A DNA stretch of 64,000 nt, taken from a virus. Its lineage: Duplodnaviria; Caudoviricetes. Positions 49,362-58,953 of the stretch are shown in pieces. The position numbers were made by a program, and so were the translations under genes. The notes below the pieces were generated by a model. The model was not told where the DNA came from. It did no database searches and saw only the letters and a list, made by a program, of their open reading frames with translations. Position 1 is the first letter of the stretch, and each line of letters begins with the position of its first letter. The stretch spans positions 64,001 through 128,000 of IMG/VR virus record IMGVR_UViG_3300042973_000021; one strand, 5' to 3'.

Positions 49362-50578
49362 CGTAAATTGCAAGTTCAAATTGAACAGTAGCAGTTACGA
49401 AGCTGATTGAACCTTGTCAACTGAATATACCTGATCGAGAAACTTCTCGAATAGCTCCTCTGGAGTGCAGTAGCCTAGCGCCTTTCGGGGCAATGCGTTG
49501 ATCTCATCTGCAAAGCTGCAGATTTGTTCCGCACTGTATCGCTCTATCGAGGCACCCTTGGGAATAAATCTGCGAAGAATGCGATTGTGCCGTTCATTCT
49601 GTGGCCTTTCCCAGGACGAATATGGATGGGCAAAATATACATATATACCATATTTTTCCATCTCACAAAGTCTGGCAAACTCATTGCCATTGTCGGCTGT
49701 AATGGATTGGAAGATCTCCGTGAAGTGCTCCTGGTATTCTTCACGCAACACTTCCAGAGCCGTCATGACAGAGTCAGCGTCCTTTCCCGGGATTTTGATG
49801 GCCATATAGTAATCAGTCTTCTTCTCAAGCAGAGTAAGGACAACCGATTCTTTGCCGCTTTTATGGCCTACTACCGTATCAATCTCCCAGTGACCACAGT
49901 GAATCCGTTCCATCACTTCCTCAGGGCGTTCTTCGATGCTTTTGCCCAGGATATGCTTGTTCTGGCGGACTCTGTGATTTTTGTGGGACTTTCTGGACAG
50001 TGCTTCCGGAACATCTGCAGGGTGAATCTCGAGATTTCCTGCCCAGAGCTCATTGTACAAAGTTTTTGTGCATGGAATCTGTTCTGCTGGAAACAGCTGC
50101 TCCCGTTTGGCATAACCCACACAGGCATCAAGAGACCACTTGTGATGTTTGATCTTTCCATACATCCATTCCAGGAAGGGCTGGGCACCCGCAATCTTGT
50201 GTGCCTTGTGACAACGGGATCGATTGATCTCATAGTTCTGCTGGCCACGTCTGGCGGAGTATTGTGGAAATCTTCCTCTGCTGCCCCTGCGTTCGCCTGT
50301 ACCACGCCGAAGTTCGTACATCACAGTGGATGGAGAGCAGTCGATCTGCTGAGCAATCTTGCGGAGAGAGTAACCAAGCTTTTTGAAGATCCTGATACTG
50401 CATCTTTCTTCAAATCTCAGGTGCTGACCCCTTTCGCGATCGGGTGTAATCATGGTAGAATTAAGTTGATCCATAGTGGACTCCTTTCGGTGAATTTTTG
50501 TTTCGCGACTTTATTCTACCAGAAATCCACTATGGATTTTACTCTATTCAGCTGTTCAAGTTCATTTTACAATCTACC
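49362..50578 (-). mobile_element. IS30-family insertion sequence
   Basis: Imperfect 27-bp IRs; 14-bp direct repeat AGGGAAAATTGAAT at 49348-49361 and 50579-50592. Confidence 0.93.
49395..50474 (-). CDS. IS30-family transposase
   Basis: GHWEIDTV, ITADNG.EF, AHPYSSWER.QNE, PRK.LGY.TP motifs. Confidence 0.95.
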   Translation of the reverse strand: MDQLNSTMITPDRERGQHLRFEERCSIRIFKKLGYSLRKIAQQIDCSPSTVMYELRRGTGERRGSRGRFPQYSARRGQQNYEINRSRCHKAHKIAGAQPFLEWMYGKIKHHKWSLDACVGYAKREQLFPAEQIPCTKTLYNELWAGNLEIHPADVPEALSRKSHKNHRVRQNKHILGKSIEERPEEVMERIHCGHWEIDTVVGHKSGKESVVLTLLEKKTDYYMAIKIPGKDADSVMTALEVLREEYQEHFTEIFQSITADNGNEFARLCEMEKYGIYVYFAHPYSSWERPQNERHNRILRRFIPKGASIERYSAEQICSFADEINALPRKALGYCTPEELFEKFLDQVYSVDKVQSAS

Positions 50579-51938
50579 AGGGAAAATTGAATTCAAAAGT
50601 GCAGCAAAAGCATTTGTTCGAACATACGGCTTTCTTGGAGCTATTCTTCCTTACGGTAATGCAGAATGGGAAAAGCTATCAATATTTTTAAATTTATTAA
50701 TACCTAAACTTCCTTCTCCCAAAGAAGATGATTTGTCTCAAGGAATACTAGATTCAATTGATTTAGATAGTTACCGAGTCGAAGCTCGTGATTCTATGTC
50801 TCTTGTATTAGATGATGCTGACGCTGAGATTGGCCCTGTACCTGCTGGTCGTGTAGGCGGCATAGTGGAGCCAGAAATGGATTTGCTTTCTAGCATTCTT
50901 TCATCATTTAATGACTTGTTCGGCAATATAGACTGGAACGATGCTGATAATGTTCGCCGCCAAATTCTAGAAATACCAGGAATGGTTACAAAAGACGAGC
51001 GCTATATTAACGCAATGAAAAATTCAGACAAGCAAAATGCGCGTATGGAAAGTGAACGTGCCCTTCAGTCTGTTATATTTAGTATAATGGCGGATAATAT
51101 GGAGTTATTTAAGCAGTTTAATGATAATCCTTCGTTTAAGAAATGGCTGTCGGATCTTGTTTTCAATTTAACGTATAACCCTGAAGGAAAGCCATTTGAA
51201 ACTCCTTCCAATGATTCAAATAACAAATAAGCTGTTACGGAGGGAGGTAAAGGATTATGGCTAAACGAGGAAAAAGTATAAATCTGTTTTTGATGGATGG
51301 CACACCAAATGGGAGAATAAAGTGTACTTTGGCTAATTGGACTGGCGTTGCTTACAAGATACCTCGCACTGAACTAGATAAATGCAAAGGACGCGAAGAT
51401 TTATCCCAGAGCGGCGTTTACTTTTTATTTGGCACTTCAGATCAAACAGATGACAATATGGTATATATTGGGCAAGCCGGTGTTCGGAAAAACGGAGAGG
51501 GTCTTCTTTGTCGGTTAATAGAACACAAGCGAAATCCAGATAAGGATTATTGGACAGAAGCTGTTGTAATTACTACGTCCAATAACTCCTTTGGTCCCAC
51601 AGAGATAAGTTATCTTGAGAATCGTTTTTGTGGGCTTGCAGTAGAGGCAAACCGGTATGTGGTTAAGAACGGAAACGACCCTACTCCAGGAAATATAACC
51701 GAGGAAAAAGAAAGTGAGCTCGAAGAATTCATTGATTACGCTAAAATTATAATGGGTGCTCTTGGGCATAAATTATTCGAACCACTGACCGATAAACCTA
51801 AACCAGCTAATACAGTGTTAGGGTCGGGCGATATTAACCAATAAGTGTCGGCGATAAATCGCCATTTTGGGTCGGGCTATTTCGCCAGTCAATTTAAAAT
51901 CGCCATTGAGATTTCTGTCTATTGTCTTAAACTGATGT

Positions 51939-53282
51939 ATGACCAATGCATCAGCCAAGAAGATGATTATGACAGAGAATTTCAATGGCTTTAATAAAAT
52001 CATATCACAAGCGCTGGATGAAATGAAGTCAGCAGGTGGACCGGATTTCGATCTTAACAAGGTCAATCTGGCTGAACTGGAACGCAGAACCGGGATAAGC
52101 AGGGCTCGGCTTCGGAGATTAAAGGCAAACCAATTCAAAGTTCTGCCTGACAAGCGTTGCGGAAGAAAAGCTCCTGTAACAAAACTGACTGGATTTACAG
52201 ATATCATCGATGCGCTTCTTAGAAAGGATGTGACTAATTCCAATGCGATCTATGACCGCCTTGTAGAAAATGGATATCAGGGCGGGAAGACGATTATCAA
52301 GAACTACATACAACAGCATAAGTATCTGATACCGCCGCGCAGACGAATCGTAGACTCTCGCGGAAACCGCGGCAGACGCTACACGACGGCTCCGGGAGAA
52401 TGTTACCAGATGGACTGGGGTTTCGTAACGGTCGAGGATCAGTCAGGGAATTCTTACCGCATAGCATGCTTTGCCATGATATGCCACTGCTGTGGAAAGC
52501 AGTACATCGAATTCTTCCCGAATGCACGCCAGGAAAACCTGTTTATCGGAATGATCCACGGATTCATGTACCTGGGTGTCCCTGGGTATGTTCTGACCGA
52601 TAATATGAAAAGCGTCGTCATCCGGCGTGACCTCGCCGGCAGACCGATCTGGCAGAAGGACTACGAGCTATTCATGAAGAATCTGGACTTTTCTACCCGC
52701 TTATGCAAACCAAGACACCCTTTTACCAAAGGGTCAGTAGAACGACTGGTCCGATTCGTAAAGGATAATTTCCTCCCGGGAAGAGATTTCCGGGAGCTCA
52801 CAGACCTGAATTATGAGGCTGTGCGTTGGTGTGAACGCCAGAATGGAAATTATCACAAAGCGGTGGATTGCGTACCTGACGTAAAGCATCAGGAAGTCTG
52901 CATGATAACTGCACGGGAGCTGGAAGAGTCTGTCAAGCTCAACTACTATCTTTGTCCAGAGCGGAAGATCTCCTTCGATGGCTTCGTAAACTATGAAGGC
53001 CGACGGTTTGGCGTCCCATACTGGTACACAGAAAAGACCTGTCGTGTACGGCGTGATGGCTATGTTCTTCAGATATTTGATTCCAGCTTAACACGACTCC
53101 TCTGTGAACATGATGTATCATGGAGCAGAACAGATAGTTTCTGCAAAGATCAGTACTGTGAAAGCCAGCCGGAAGAGAAGCCAACCATGCCGGTCCGTAC
53201 GCGGATCCACCAGTTAGATCCACCAGAATATGGTTCCGGTTTCGATCGATTCAATTTCGGAGAGGTGGGCAGCGATGAGTGA
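51939..53282 (+). CDS. istA: IS21 transposase
   Basis: PGE..QMDWG, TDNMKS, P.TKG.VER motifs. Confidence 0.93.
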   Translation: MTNASAKKMIMTENFNGFNKIISQALDEMKSAGGPDFDLNKVNLAELERRTGISRARLRRLKANQFKVLPDKRCGRKAPVTKLTGFTDIIDALLRKDVTNSNAIYDRLVENGYQGGKTIIKNYIQQHKYLIPPRRRIVDSRGNRGRRYTTAPGECYQMDWGFVTVEDQSGNSYRIACFAMICHCCGKQYIEFFPNARQENLFIGMIHGFMYLGVPGYVLTDNMKSVVIRRDLAGRPIWQKDYELFMKNLDFSTRLCKPRHPFTKGSVERLVRFVKDNFLPGRDFRELTDLNYEAVRWCERQNGNYHKAVDCVPDVKHQEVCMITARELEESVKLNYYLCPERKISFDGFVNYEGRRFGVPYWYTEKTCRVRRDGYVLQIFDSSLTRLLCEHDVSWSRTDSFCKDQYCESQPEEKPTMPVRTRIHQLDPPEYGSGFDRFNFGEVGSDE

Positions 53283-54078
53283 TTCCATTTACGAGCAGAT
53301 CGGCAGAGACGCTTTTTATCTGAAACTGGATCTCAGCGCAGAACACATCGCTAAACTGTCGATGAACGAAAGCTGGTCGGATGAGCATCTCCAGGCGGTC
53401 GCAGATATTTTCACCTATATGCGGGAGCAGAAAGAGCAGAAAACGATTTCGACGCTTCTGAGACTCAGCAGACTGCCACTGAAAGAGCCGAAGACATTTG
53501 AAAACTTTGATTTCAGCCAGATCCGCGGAAAAGATATGACTGCACTGCAGGAACTCCCAACACTTGCGGCGCTGTATGGTCATCGTAATCTGGCATTTAT
53601 TGGGCCACAGGGAGTTGGAAAGACCCACCTCGCAATGGCTTTCGGAAGGGCCTGCTGTGAAAAGGGATACAAGACCTATTTCCTGAAAGCCACAGAACTG
53701 AATCAGAAACTGTTGGATGCCAGAAAGTATGGCCGGGAAAAGTCCACGATCAACGGATTAGTGAAACCATCATGCCTGATTATCGATGAGATCGGCAGAT
53801 GCGTGTTCGACAAGGTCAATACCCGGATGTTCTTTGATATTATCGACCGGAGATACAACAAAGAAGGCCCTAACACGCTGATCCTGACGAGCAATCTAAT
53901 GCCCGGGAAATGGGGAGAGTTCTTCAGTGAGGATTCATCACTCCTGTGTTCTTTGGACAGGATATTCGACATAGCGACTGTATTCACGATCAAGGGACAG
54001 ACATACCGTGGAAAACAGTGTAATACAATAACTCTGGCTGCGGGACGACCGAGCGCGCTACCTAAGCAGGACATTTAA
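53275..54078 (+). CDS. istB: IS21 helper ATPase
   Basis: GPQGVGKTHLA, LIIDEIG, LTSN, LDR motifs. Confidence 0.93.
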   Translation: MSDSIYEQIGRDAFYLKLDLSAEHIAKLSMNESWSDEHLQAVADIFTYMREQKEQKTISTLLRLSRLPLKEPKTFENFDFSQIRGKDMTALQELPTLAALYGHRNLAFIGPQGVGKTHLAMAFGRACCEKGYKTYFLKATELNQKLLDARKYGREKSTINGLVKPSCLIIDEIGRCVFDKVNTRMFFDIIDRRYNKEGPNTLILTSNLMPGKWGEFFSEDSSLLCSLDRIFDIATVFTIKGQTYRGKQCNTITLAAGRPSALPKQDI

Positions 54079-54718
54079 AGAAAGGAAAAGGCTGATGCAT
54101 TGGTCGAAATGGATTGACCCAAAATGGCGATTTTAATCCGGCTATCTGTGGCGTTTATCGCCCGACGCTAACAACAGTAGAATCTGCTGAAGAGGAATTA
54201 CTTCTCTTTATGAAGCGAAAAAGTCGTAAGAGCGGACAAGTAATTGAAGCAAGCTGTAAGCAAACGAACGAAGGTTTTGTCGTCTTACAGGGCAGTCATA
54301 TTGAAACGATAGATTCTGAAAGTATTCCGCCTGGAATTAAAGACCGTAGACAAAAAGCCAAAATAGATGAAAATGGCATACTTCAAGAAAACATCTTATT
54401 TCGTAGCCCATCATATGCTGCTGCTTTTGTCATTGGCGGGCACGTAAATGGACTGGTAGAATGGAAAACGAAAGACGGGGTATCATTGAAAGAAATAGAA
54501 AACAGTGAAGAAAATTAAGCATAATTTACATCCATCCTGTCTCCTCAACCCTGTTAATATATCTAACCTATCAACTCAACCCTATCACTTTTAGGGCAGT
54601 TGATATGTTCCCGTGAACAATAAAAATAAGGGTTTCCCGACATTGGCATCTCCGGCAAAGTAGCCGCAAGAAAAACTCAATGTCTGGAAACCCTTTATTT
54701 ATGGGCACTTTCAGCTAT

Positions 54719-54760
54719 CTATTTCTCAACTCTTGACATCAATACCACGCACTCAACATG
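54719..54760 (-). other. att arm of left prophage encoding rlmD/rumA-like C-terminus (HVECVVLMSRVEK*)
   Basis: CATGTTGAGTGCGTGGTATTGATGTCAAGAGTTGAGAAATAG; matches my recollection of the RlmD C-terminal HVE motif, a known serine-integrase target. Confidence 0.75.
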
Positions 54761-54866
54761 TGAAAGTTAGGCTATTTCACACATTTGCAGATTTCCCTTT
54801 ATTTACAAGGGTTTTCTGGCTGTTTGAGTGTATCGTACATCCATATCGCCGTCTCAGATGAGTAGG

Positions 54867-55811
54867 CTATTTTTGCTTTTTGGAGCTGTATTTCGTGCTC
54901 TTCCTCTTCCTTTCACCAGATTCGGTAATAACAATATTGCTTCGTTTCGCTCGTGCTTCTTGAGCAGCTCGGAATACGTCCTCTGTAATGATCGGCGGAT
55001 GGCAGTCCTTCATCTCAAACATCTGACCCTCCGTCACAGAGTCTGCCAGCCGCACTGTTCCTATATATTTCTCGTTTGATAGCAGGGTATCTACTGACCT
55101 CTTGCTCCACCGTTCCTTCCCCGTAGGGGAGGGAATCTTTTGTTCAGCCAGTTTCTTTGTAATCCCCAATATGCTTGCTCCGTCAATGTACCAACGGAAT
55201 ATATCACGTACCACTTGTGCCTGTGTCGGCTCTACCACGAGATTTCCATCATCGTCCTTCACATAACCATACAGGCGCTTTCGGTAATTGCCGGAACTGC
55301 CGTTCAAAGCGCGGTTCCTGAGTCCCATGCGGATATTCATGCTTCTAGTCTCATTTTCAGCCTGCGCAAATGACTCAGCAACAGAAATGAGCAGATCATC
55401 ATCAACTACATCCGTATCAAGACCATCCTCATCAAATATGACACGTACCCCAGCGGCTTTTAGTCTTCGAAGCGCCTCAAGCGTATCAACGGTATCTCTT
55501 CCAAACCGGCTGATGCTTTTTGTAAGGATAACCGATATATGATGCGCCTCAGCCTCTCGGATCATCCGCTCAAATTCTCGGCGCGATGCCTCTCCCCTTG
55601 CGGTATCAATATCTATAAACGTATCAGTCAGTTTCCATTGCTCGACATTGGCCACCGCTCTTGTTAGAGCTGCTATTTGTGCGGCAAGGCTATTTAGTTG
55701 GTTCTTTTCACCGGTACTAACCCTGCAGTAGATGCCAACATTCATACCCGGATCAGTTCTTTTGGCAGGTATATACCACACCTTTTGGCTCACTGTACCG
55801 CCTCCTTTCAC
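54867..55811 (-). CDS. Serine recombinase (resolvase + recombinase domain; probable GTG start 55793)
   Basis: YCRVST catalytic Ser, KSISRFGR, AQAE, YGY, LSNEKYIG, HPPII. Confidence 0.92.
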   Translation of the reverse strand: MKGGGTVSQKVWYIPAKRTDPGMNVGIYCRVSTGEKNQLNSLAAQIAALTRAVANVEQWKLTDTFIDIDTARGEASRREFERMIREAEAHHISVILTKSISRFGRDTVDTLEALRRLKAAGVRVIFDEDGLDTDVVDDDLLISVAESFAQAENETRSMNIRMGLRNRALNGSSGNYRKRLYGYVKDDDGNLVVEPTQAQVVRDIFRWYIDGASILGITKKLAEQKIPSPTGKERWSKRSVDTLLSNEKYIGTVRLADSVTEGQMFEMKDCHPPIITEDVFRAAQEARAKRSNIVITESGERKRKSTKYSSKKQK

Positions 55812-55885
55812 CTCATTTTAGCCTAATTATATCGAATAATTCTACCAATGTACAGTAGTCTATTATTGGCCTTTTCCGTCTCAAA

Positions 55886-55933
55886 ACACAAGATATAGGA
55901 GCCGAGTCGCCATTCATGCACTACATATTGTAT
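55886..55933. promoter_or_regulatory. Tandem NrdR-box-like sites (copy 1)
   Basis: acaCaAgATaTaGgag (55886) and gcaCtAcATaTtGtat (55918), 32 bp apart, fit acaCwAtATaTwGtgt. Confidence 0.55.
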
Positions 55934-56066
55934 GACATCAACGCTACCGTCTCAACGTGTGAAAGTTAGGCTATTTCACACATTTTGTAGAATTTCCTTT
56001 ATTTACAAGGGTTTTCTGGCTGTTTGAGTGTATCGTACATCCATATCCCCGTCTCAGATGAGTAGG

Positions 56067-57011
56067 CTATTTTTGCTTTTTGGAGCTGTATTTCGTGCTC
56101 TTCCTCTTCCTTTCACCAGATTCGGTAATAACAATATTGCTTCGTTTCACTCGTGCTTCTTGAGCGGCTCGGAATACGTCCTCTGTAATGATCGGCGGAT
56201 GGCAGTCCTTCATCTCAAACATCTGACCCTCCGTCACAGAGTCTGCCAGGCGCACAGTTCCTATGTATTTCTCGTTTGATAGCAGGGTGTCTACTGACCT
56301 CTTGCTCCACCGTTCCTTCCCCGTAGGGGAGGGAATCTTTTGTTCAGCCAGTTTCTTTGTAATACCCAATATGCTTGCTCCGTCAATGTACCAACGGAAT
56401 ATATCACGTACCACTTGTGCCTGTGTCGGCTCTATGACAAGGTTCCCATCATCGTCCTTCACATAACCATACAGGCGCTTTCGGTAATTGCCGGAACTGC
56501 CGTTCAAAGCGCGGTTCCTGAGTCCCATGCGGATGTTCATGCTTCTGGTCTCATTTTCAGCCTGCGCAAATGACTCAGCAACAGAAATGAGCAGATCATC
56601 ATCAACTACATCCGTATCAAGACCATCCTCATCAAATATGACACGTACCCCAGCGGCTTTTAGTCTTCGAAGCGCCTCAAGCGTATCAACGGTATCTCTT
56701 CCAAACCGGCTGATGCTTTTTGTAAGGATAACCGATATATGATGCGCCTCAGCCTCTCGGATCATCCGCTCAAATTCTCGGCGCGATGCCTCTCCCCTTG
56801 CGGTATCAATATCTATAAACGTATCAGTCAGTTTCCATTGCTCGACATTGGCCACCGCTCTTGTTAGAGCTGCTATTTGTGCGGCAAGGCTATTTAGTTG
56901 GTTCTTTTCACCGGTACTAACCCTGCAGTAGATGCCAACATTCATACCCGGATCAGTTCTTTTGGCAGGTATATACCACACCTTTTGGCTCACTGTACCG
57001 CCTCCTTTCAC
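56067..57011 (-). CDS. Serine recombinase, second copy (2 aa differences)
   Basis: As copy 1; LVIEP vs LVVEP, RVKR vs RAKR. Confidence 0.92.
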   Translation of the reverse strand: MKGGGTVSQKVWYIPAKRTDPGMNVGIYCRVSTGEKNQLNSLAAQIAALTRAVANVEQWKLTDTFIDIDTARGEASRREFERMIREAEAHHISVILTKSISRFGRDTVDTLEALRRLKAAGVRVIFDEDGLDTDVVDDDLLISVAESFAQAENETRSMNIRMGLRNRALNGSSGNYRKRLYGYVKDDDGNLVIEPTQAQVVRDIFRWYIDGASILGITKKLAEQKIPSPTGKERWSKRSVDTLLSNEKYIGTVRLADSVTEGQMFEMKDCHPPIITEDVFRAAQEARVKRSNIVITESGERKRKSTKYSSKKQK

Positions 57012-57085
57012 CTCATTTTAGCCTAATTATATCGAATAATTCTACCAATGTACAGTAGTCTATTATTGGCCTTTTCCGTCTCAAA

Positions 57086-57133
57086 ACACAAGATATAGGA
57101 GCCGAGTCGCCATTCATGCACTACATATTGTAT
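57086..57133. promoter_or_regulatory. Tandem NrdR-box-like sites (copy 2)
   Basis: Identical to 55886-55933. Confidence 0.55.
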
Positions 57134-57333
57134 GACATCAACGCTACCGTCTCAACGTGCCTAAGAGTCGTACTATTAATCTCCCAACTGTGAGCATGTA
57201 ATTATTTACATAAATTCAAAACGCAGGAAAAGTTCATAGGAATCATCCGGCAAATCCCTATATATAAACACTATAATACAGTGTTCACTATAAATGCAAT
57301 AAAAATATAATATGCGAAATATTACGCAAAAAT

Positions 57334-57362
57334 AGCCGCGGTCCAGTATTCGGACTGCGGCT
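57334..57362. terminator. Intrinsic terminator after recombinase operon
   Basis: AGCCGCGGTCC-loop-GGACTGCGGCT hairpin with A/T runs on both sides. Confidence 0.7.
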
Positions 57363-57378
57363 GTTTTTTGCTCACTTG

Positions 57379-58953
57379 CTAAGCTTCGACTTCTACCCTA
57401 AGGCCTGATTTGAATTCGACTATGACCTTCTCCTGGCAGATTATTACCCTTCCTACCAGGCGCGTTACCAGAAGGTCTGAGTATTCGCTTACGGCCTCGG
57501 TCTGGTTTCCAAGGAAACGGGCCAGGTCATCCGTGCGCTTTTTGGTTTCGGTGTCTTTTGACCTGTTCATAAGAACAGACATCCTCTGGCTCTGCAGTTT
57601 TCTGATTTTATTTCCTATCTTTTCAATCTTCTCTTCATCGGACCCGGCTGCAAGAAGTTTTTCCTGCTGCTTTTTAAGCTCCGCATCGATCTCCTCAAGT
57701 CCCAGGCCGCTCTCCTCCTCAAGAACGGACCGGACATTATCCTGAAGCTGCGGGATAACAGAATTCCTGTCTGCCCAGGCATCGTTTACTGCGGTGACAA
57801 TGGCGGCATGAAGTTCCTCCTCGCTTATAGTCCGGGCCTGGCACTTCCTCCCGGTCTGCTTCATGCTAAGCCGGGTCACGCATCTCCAGACAATGGAGAT
57901 CTTCCCGTTGCGGCGGTACCACTTGACCCTCCGGTAGATATCTCCGCAAAGTCCGCAAAATACGATCCCTGAAAGAGCATACTTGCTGGAAAAGCATCTC
58001 TTTCTTCCGTTTGAGGACATATTGGCTCGCCTCTCCATCTCGGCCTGGACCCGCATGTAAGTATCCCGGTCGATGATCGGCGGCTGGCTGTTTTTCACAT
58101 AATACTGGGGAGCAGACCCGTCATTTCGCTTTCTTGTCTTGTCGAGGACACTCACCGTAACAGTCTTCTGCAGTAGAGCATCACCGATGTACTTCTCGTT
58201 TTTCAGGATCTGCTTGACATTCGTAGGCCACCACTTGGTGCTGCCGGACCCGTTTTTGATGCCGTCTCTTGCAAGGCCTTCTGCTATTTTTCCGTAGCTG
58301 TTTCCGTCCAGGTAGTCTCTGAAGATCCGCCTTACCGTCCTGGCCTGCTCTTCATTGATGACAAGTTTTCCGTCAGGTCCTTTGTCGTAGCCTAAGAACC
58401 TGGTGTAGTTTACCCTCACCTGTCCCTGCTGGTTACGAAACTGTATTCCCATCTTTACGTTTGCCGACAGGGATTCAGATTCCTGCTGGGCAAGGGATGC
58501 CATAATGGTAAGCAGGACCTCACCCTTGGCATCGAGGGTATTGATGTTTTCTTTCTCGAAGTAGACGGCAATGTTTAAGTTCTTTAGCTCCCTTGTGTAT
58601 TTCAGGCAGTCGACCGTGTTTCTTGAAAACCGGCTTATAGACTTGGTTATGATCATATCGATCTTGCCAGCCTTGCAGTCCTCGATCATATTGTTAAAGG
58701 CAGTCCGCTTTGCCGTGCTGGTGCCTGAAATTCCATCGTCGGCAAAGATCCCCGCAAGTTCCCAGGCAGGATTTGCCTTGATGTAGTCAGTGTAATGCTT
58801 CACCTGCGTCTCATAGCTTGACTCCTGTTCTTCATAGTCTGTCGATACCCGGCAGTAAGCAGCGACCCTGGTCTTATGAATGCCACTGCCTTCTGTCCGG
58901 GTTCCTGTTACCTTGCTCGCCGGGATGACGGTTACATTGTTTGCTACATCCAT
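57379..58953 (-). CDS. Large serine recombinase
   Basis: [29 protein letters not shown] zinc ribbon, coiled coil. Confidence 0.95.
   Translation of the reverse strand: MDVANNVTVIPASKVTGTRTEGSGIHKTRVAAYCRVSTDYEEQESSYETQVKHYTDYIKANPAWELAGIFADDGISGTSTAKRTAFNNMIEDCKAGKIDMIITKSISRFSRNTVDCLKYTRELKNLNIAVYFEKENINTLDAKGEVLLTIMASLAQQESESLSANVKMGIQFRNQQGQVRVNYTRFLGYDKGPDGKLVINEEQARTVRRIFRDYLDGNSYGKIAEGLARDGIKNGSGSTKWWPTNVKQILKNEKYIGDALLQKTVTVSVLDKTRKRNDGSAPQYYVKNSQPPIIDRDTYMRVQAEMERRANMSSNGRKRCFSSKYALSGIVFCGLCGDIYRRVKWYRRNGKISIVWRCVTRLSMKQTGRKCQARTISEEELHAAIVTAVNDAWADRNSVIPQLQDNVRSVLEEESGLGLEEIDAELKKQQEKLLAAGSDEEKIEKIGNKIRKLQSQRMSVLMNRSKDTETKKRTDDLARFLGNQTEAVSEYSDLLVTRLVGRVIICQEKVIVEFKSGLRVEVEA

Larger units (their letters stand above)
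47027..51230 (+). pseudogene. hsdR: Type I R-M restriction subunit interrupted by IS30
   Basis: ELK nuclease motif, HSAGSGKS, DEAH, FTATP; removing IS plus one TSD rejoins ...LDDEGKIEFKSAAKAF..., ~990 aa. Confidence 0.93.
51816..54173 (+). mobile_element. IS21-family insertion sequence
   Basis: TG...CA ends, IR TGTTAG(G/C)GTCGGGCGATA, subterminal repeats, 4-bp duplication ACAG (51812-51815, 54174-54177). Confidence 0.93.
51257..54518 (+). pseudogene. GIY-YIG nuclease + DUF4357 protein interrupted by IS21
   Basis: GVYFL...VYIGQA motif; C-terminal FVVL.GS, F.SPS.AA.FV.G...NG..EWK; frame rejoins as ...PANTVESAEE... Confidence 0.85.
1..54760 (-). mobile_element. Defective siphovirus-type prophage (left end outside window)
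   Basis: Ordered replication-packaging-head-tail modules on - strand; right end at att-like junction ~54760; tape measure gene interrupted by IS256. Confidence 0.93.
54761..55959 (-). mobile_element. 1.2-kb serine-recombinase mini-element, copy 1
   Basis: Bounded by rlmD-like att junctions; single gene; near-identical to copy 2. Confidence 0.8.
55960..57159 (-). mobile_element. 1.2-kb serine-recombinase mini-element, copy 2
   Basis: Direct repeat of copy 1; begins (- strand) with CACGTTGAGACGGTAGCGTTGATGTCA = HVETVALMS. Confidence 0.8.

Noticed and set aside
49524-51230. 568-aa ORF in the track
   Set aside because: Chimera of the IS30 antisense frame and the HsdR C-terminus; no RBS evidence
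54114-54518. 134-aa ORF as an independent gene
   Set aside because: IS21 right end fused to the DUF4357 half of the interrupted GIY-YIG gene
54761-57159. Tandem copies as a pure assembly artefact
   Set aside because: Copies differ at many, mostly synonymous, positions and the unit ends fall exactly on att junctions; long-read confirmation still advisable
54733-57160. CRISPR-like repeats (TGACATCAA...CTCAAC)
   Set aside because: Spaced 1.2 kb apart and translate as the target-gene terminus, so they are att junctions; no cas operon (the DUF2800 protein is a phage replication nuclease)
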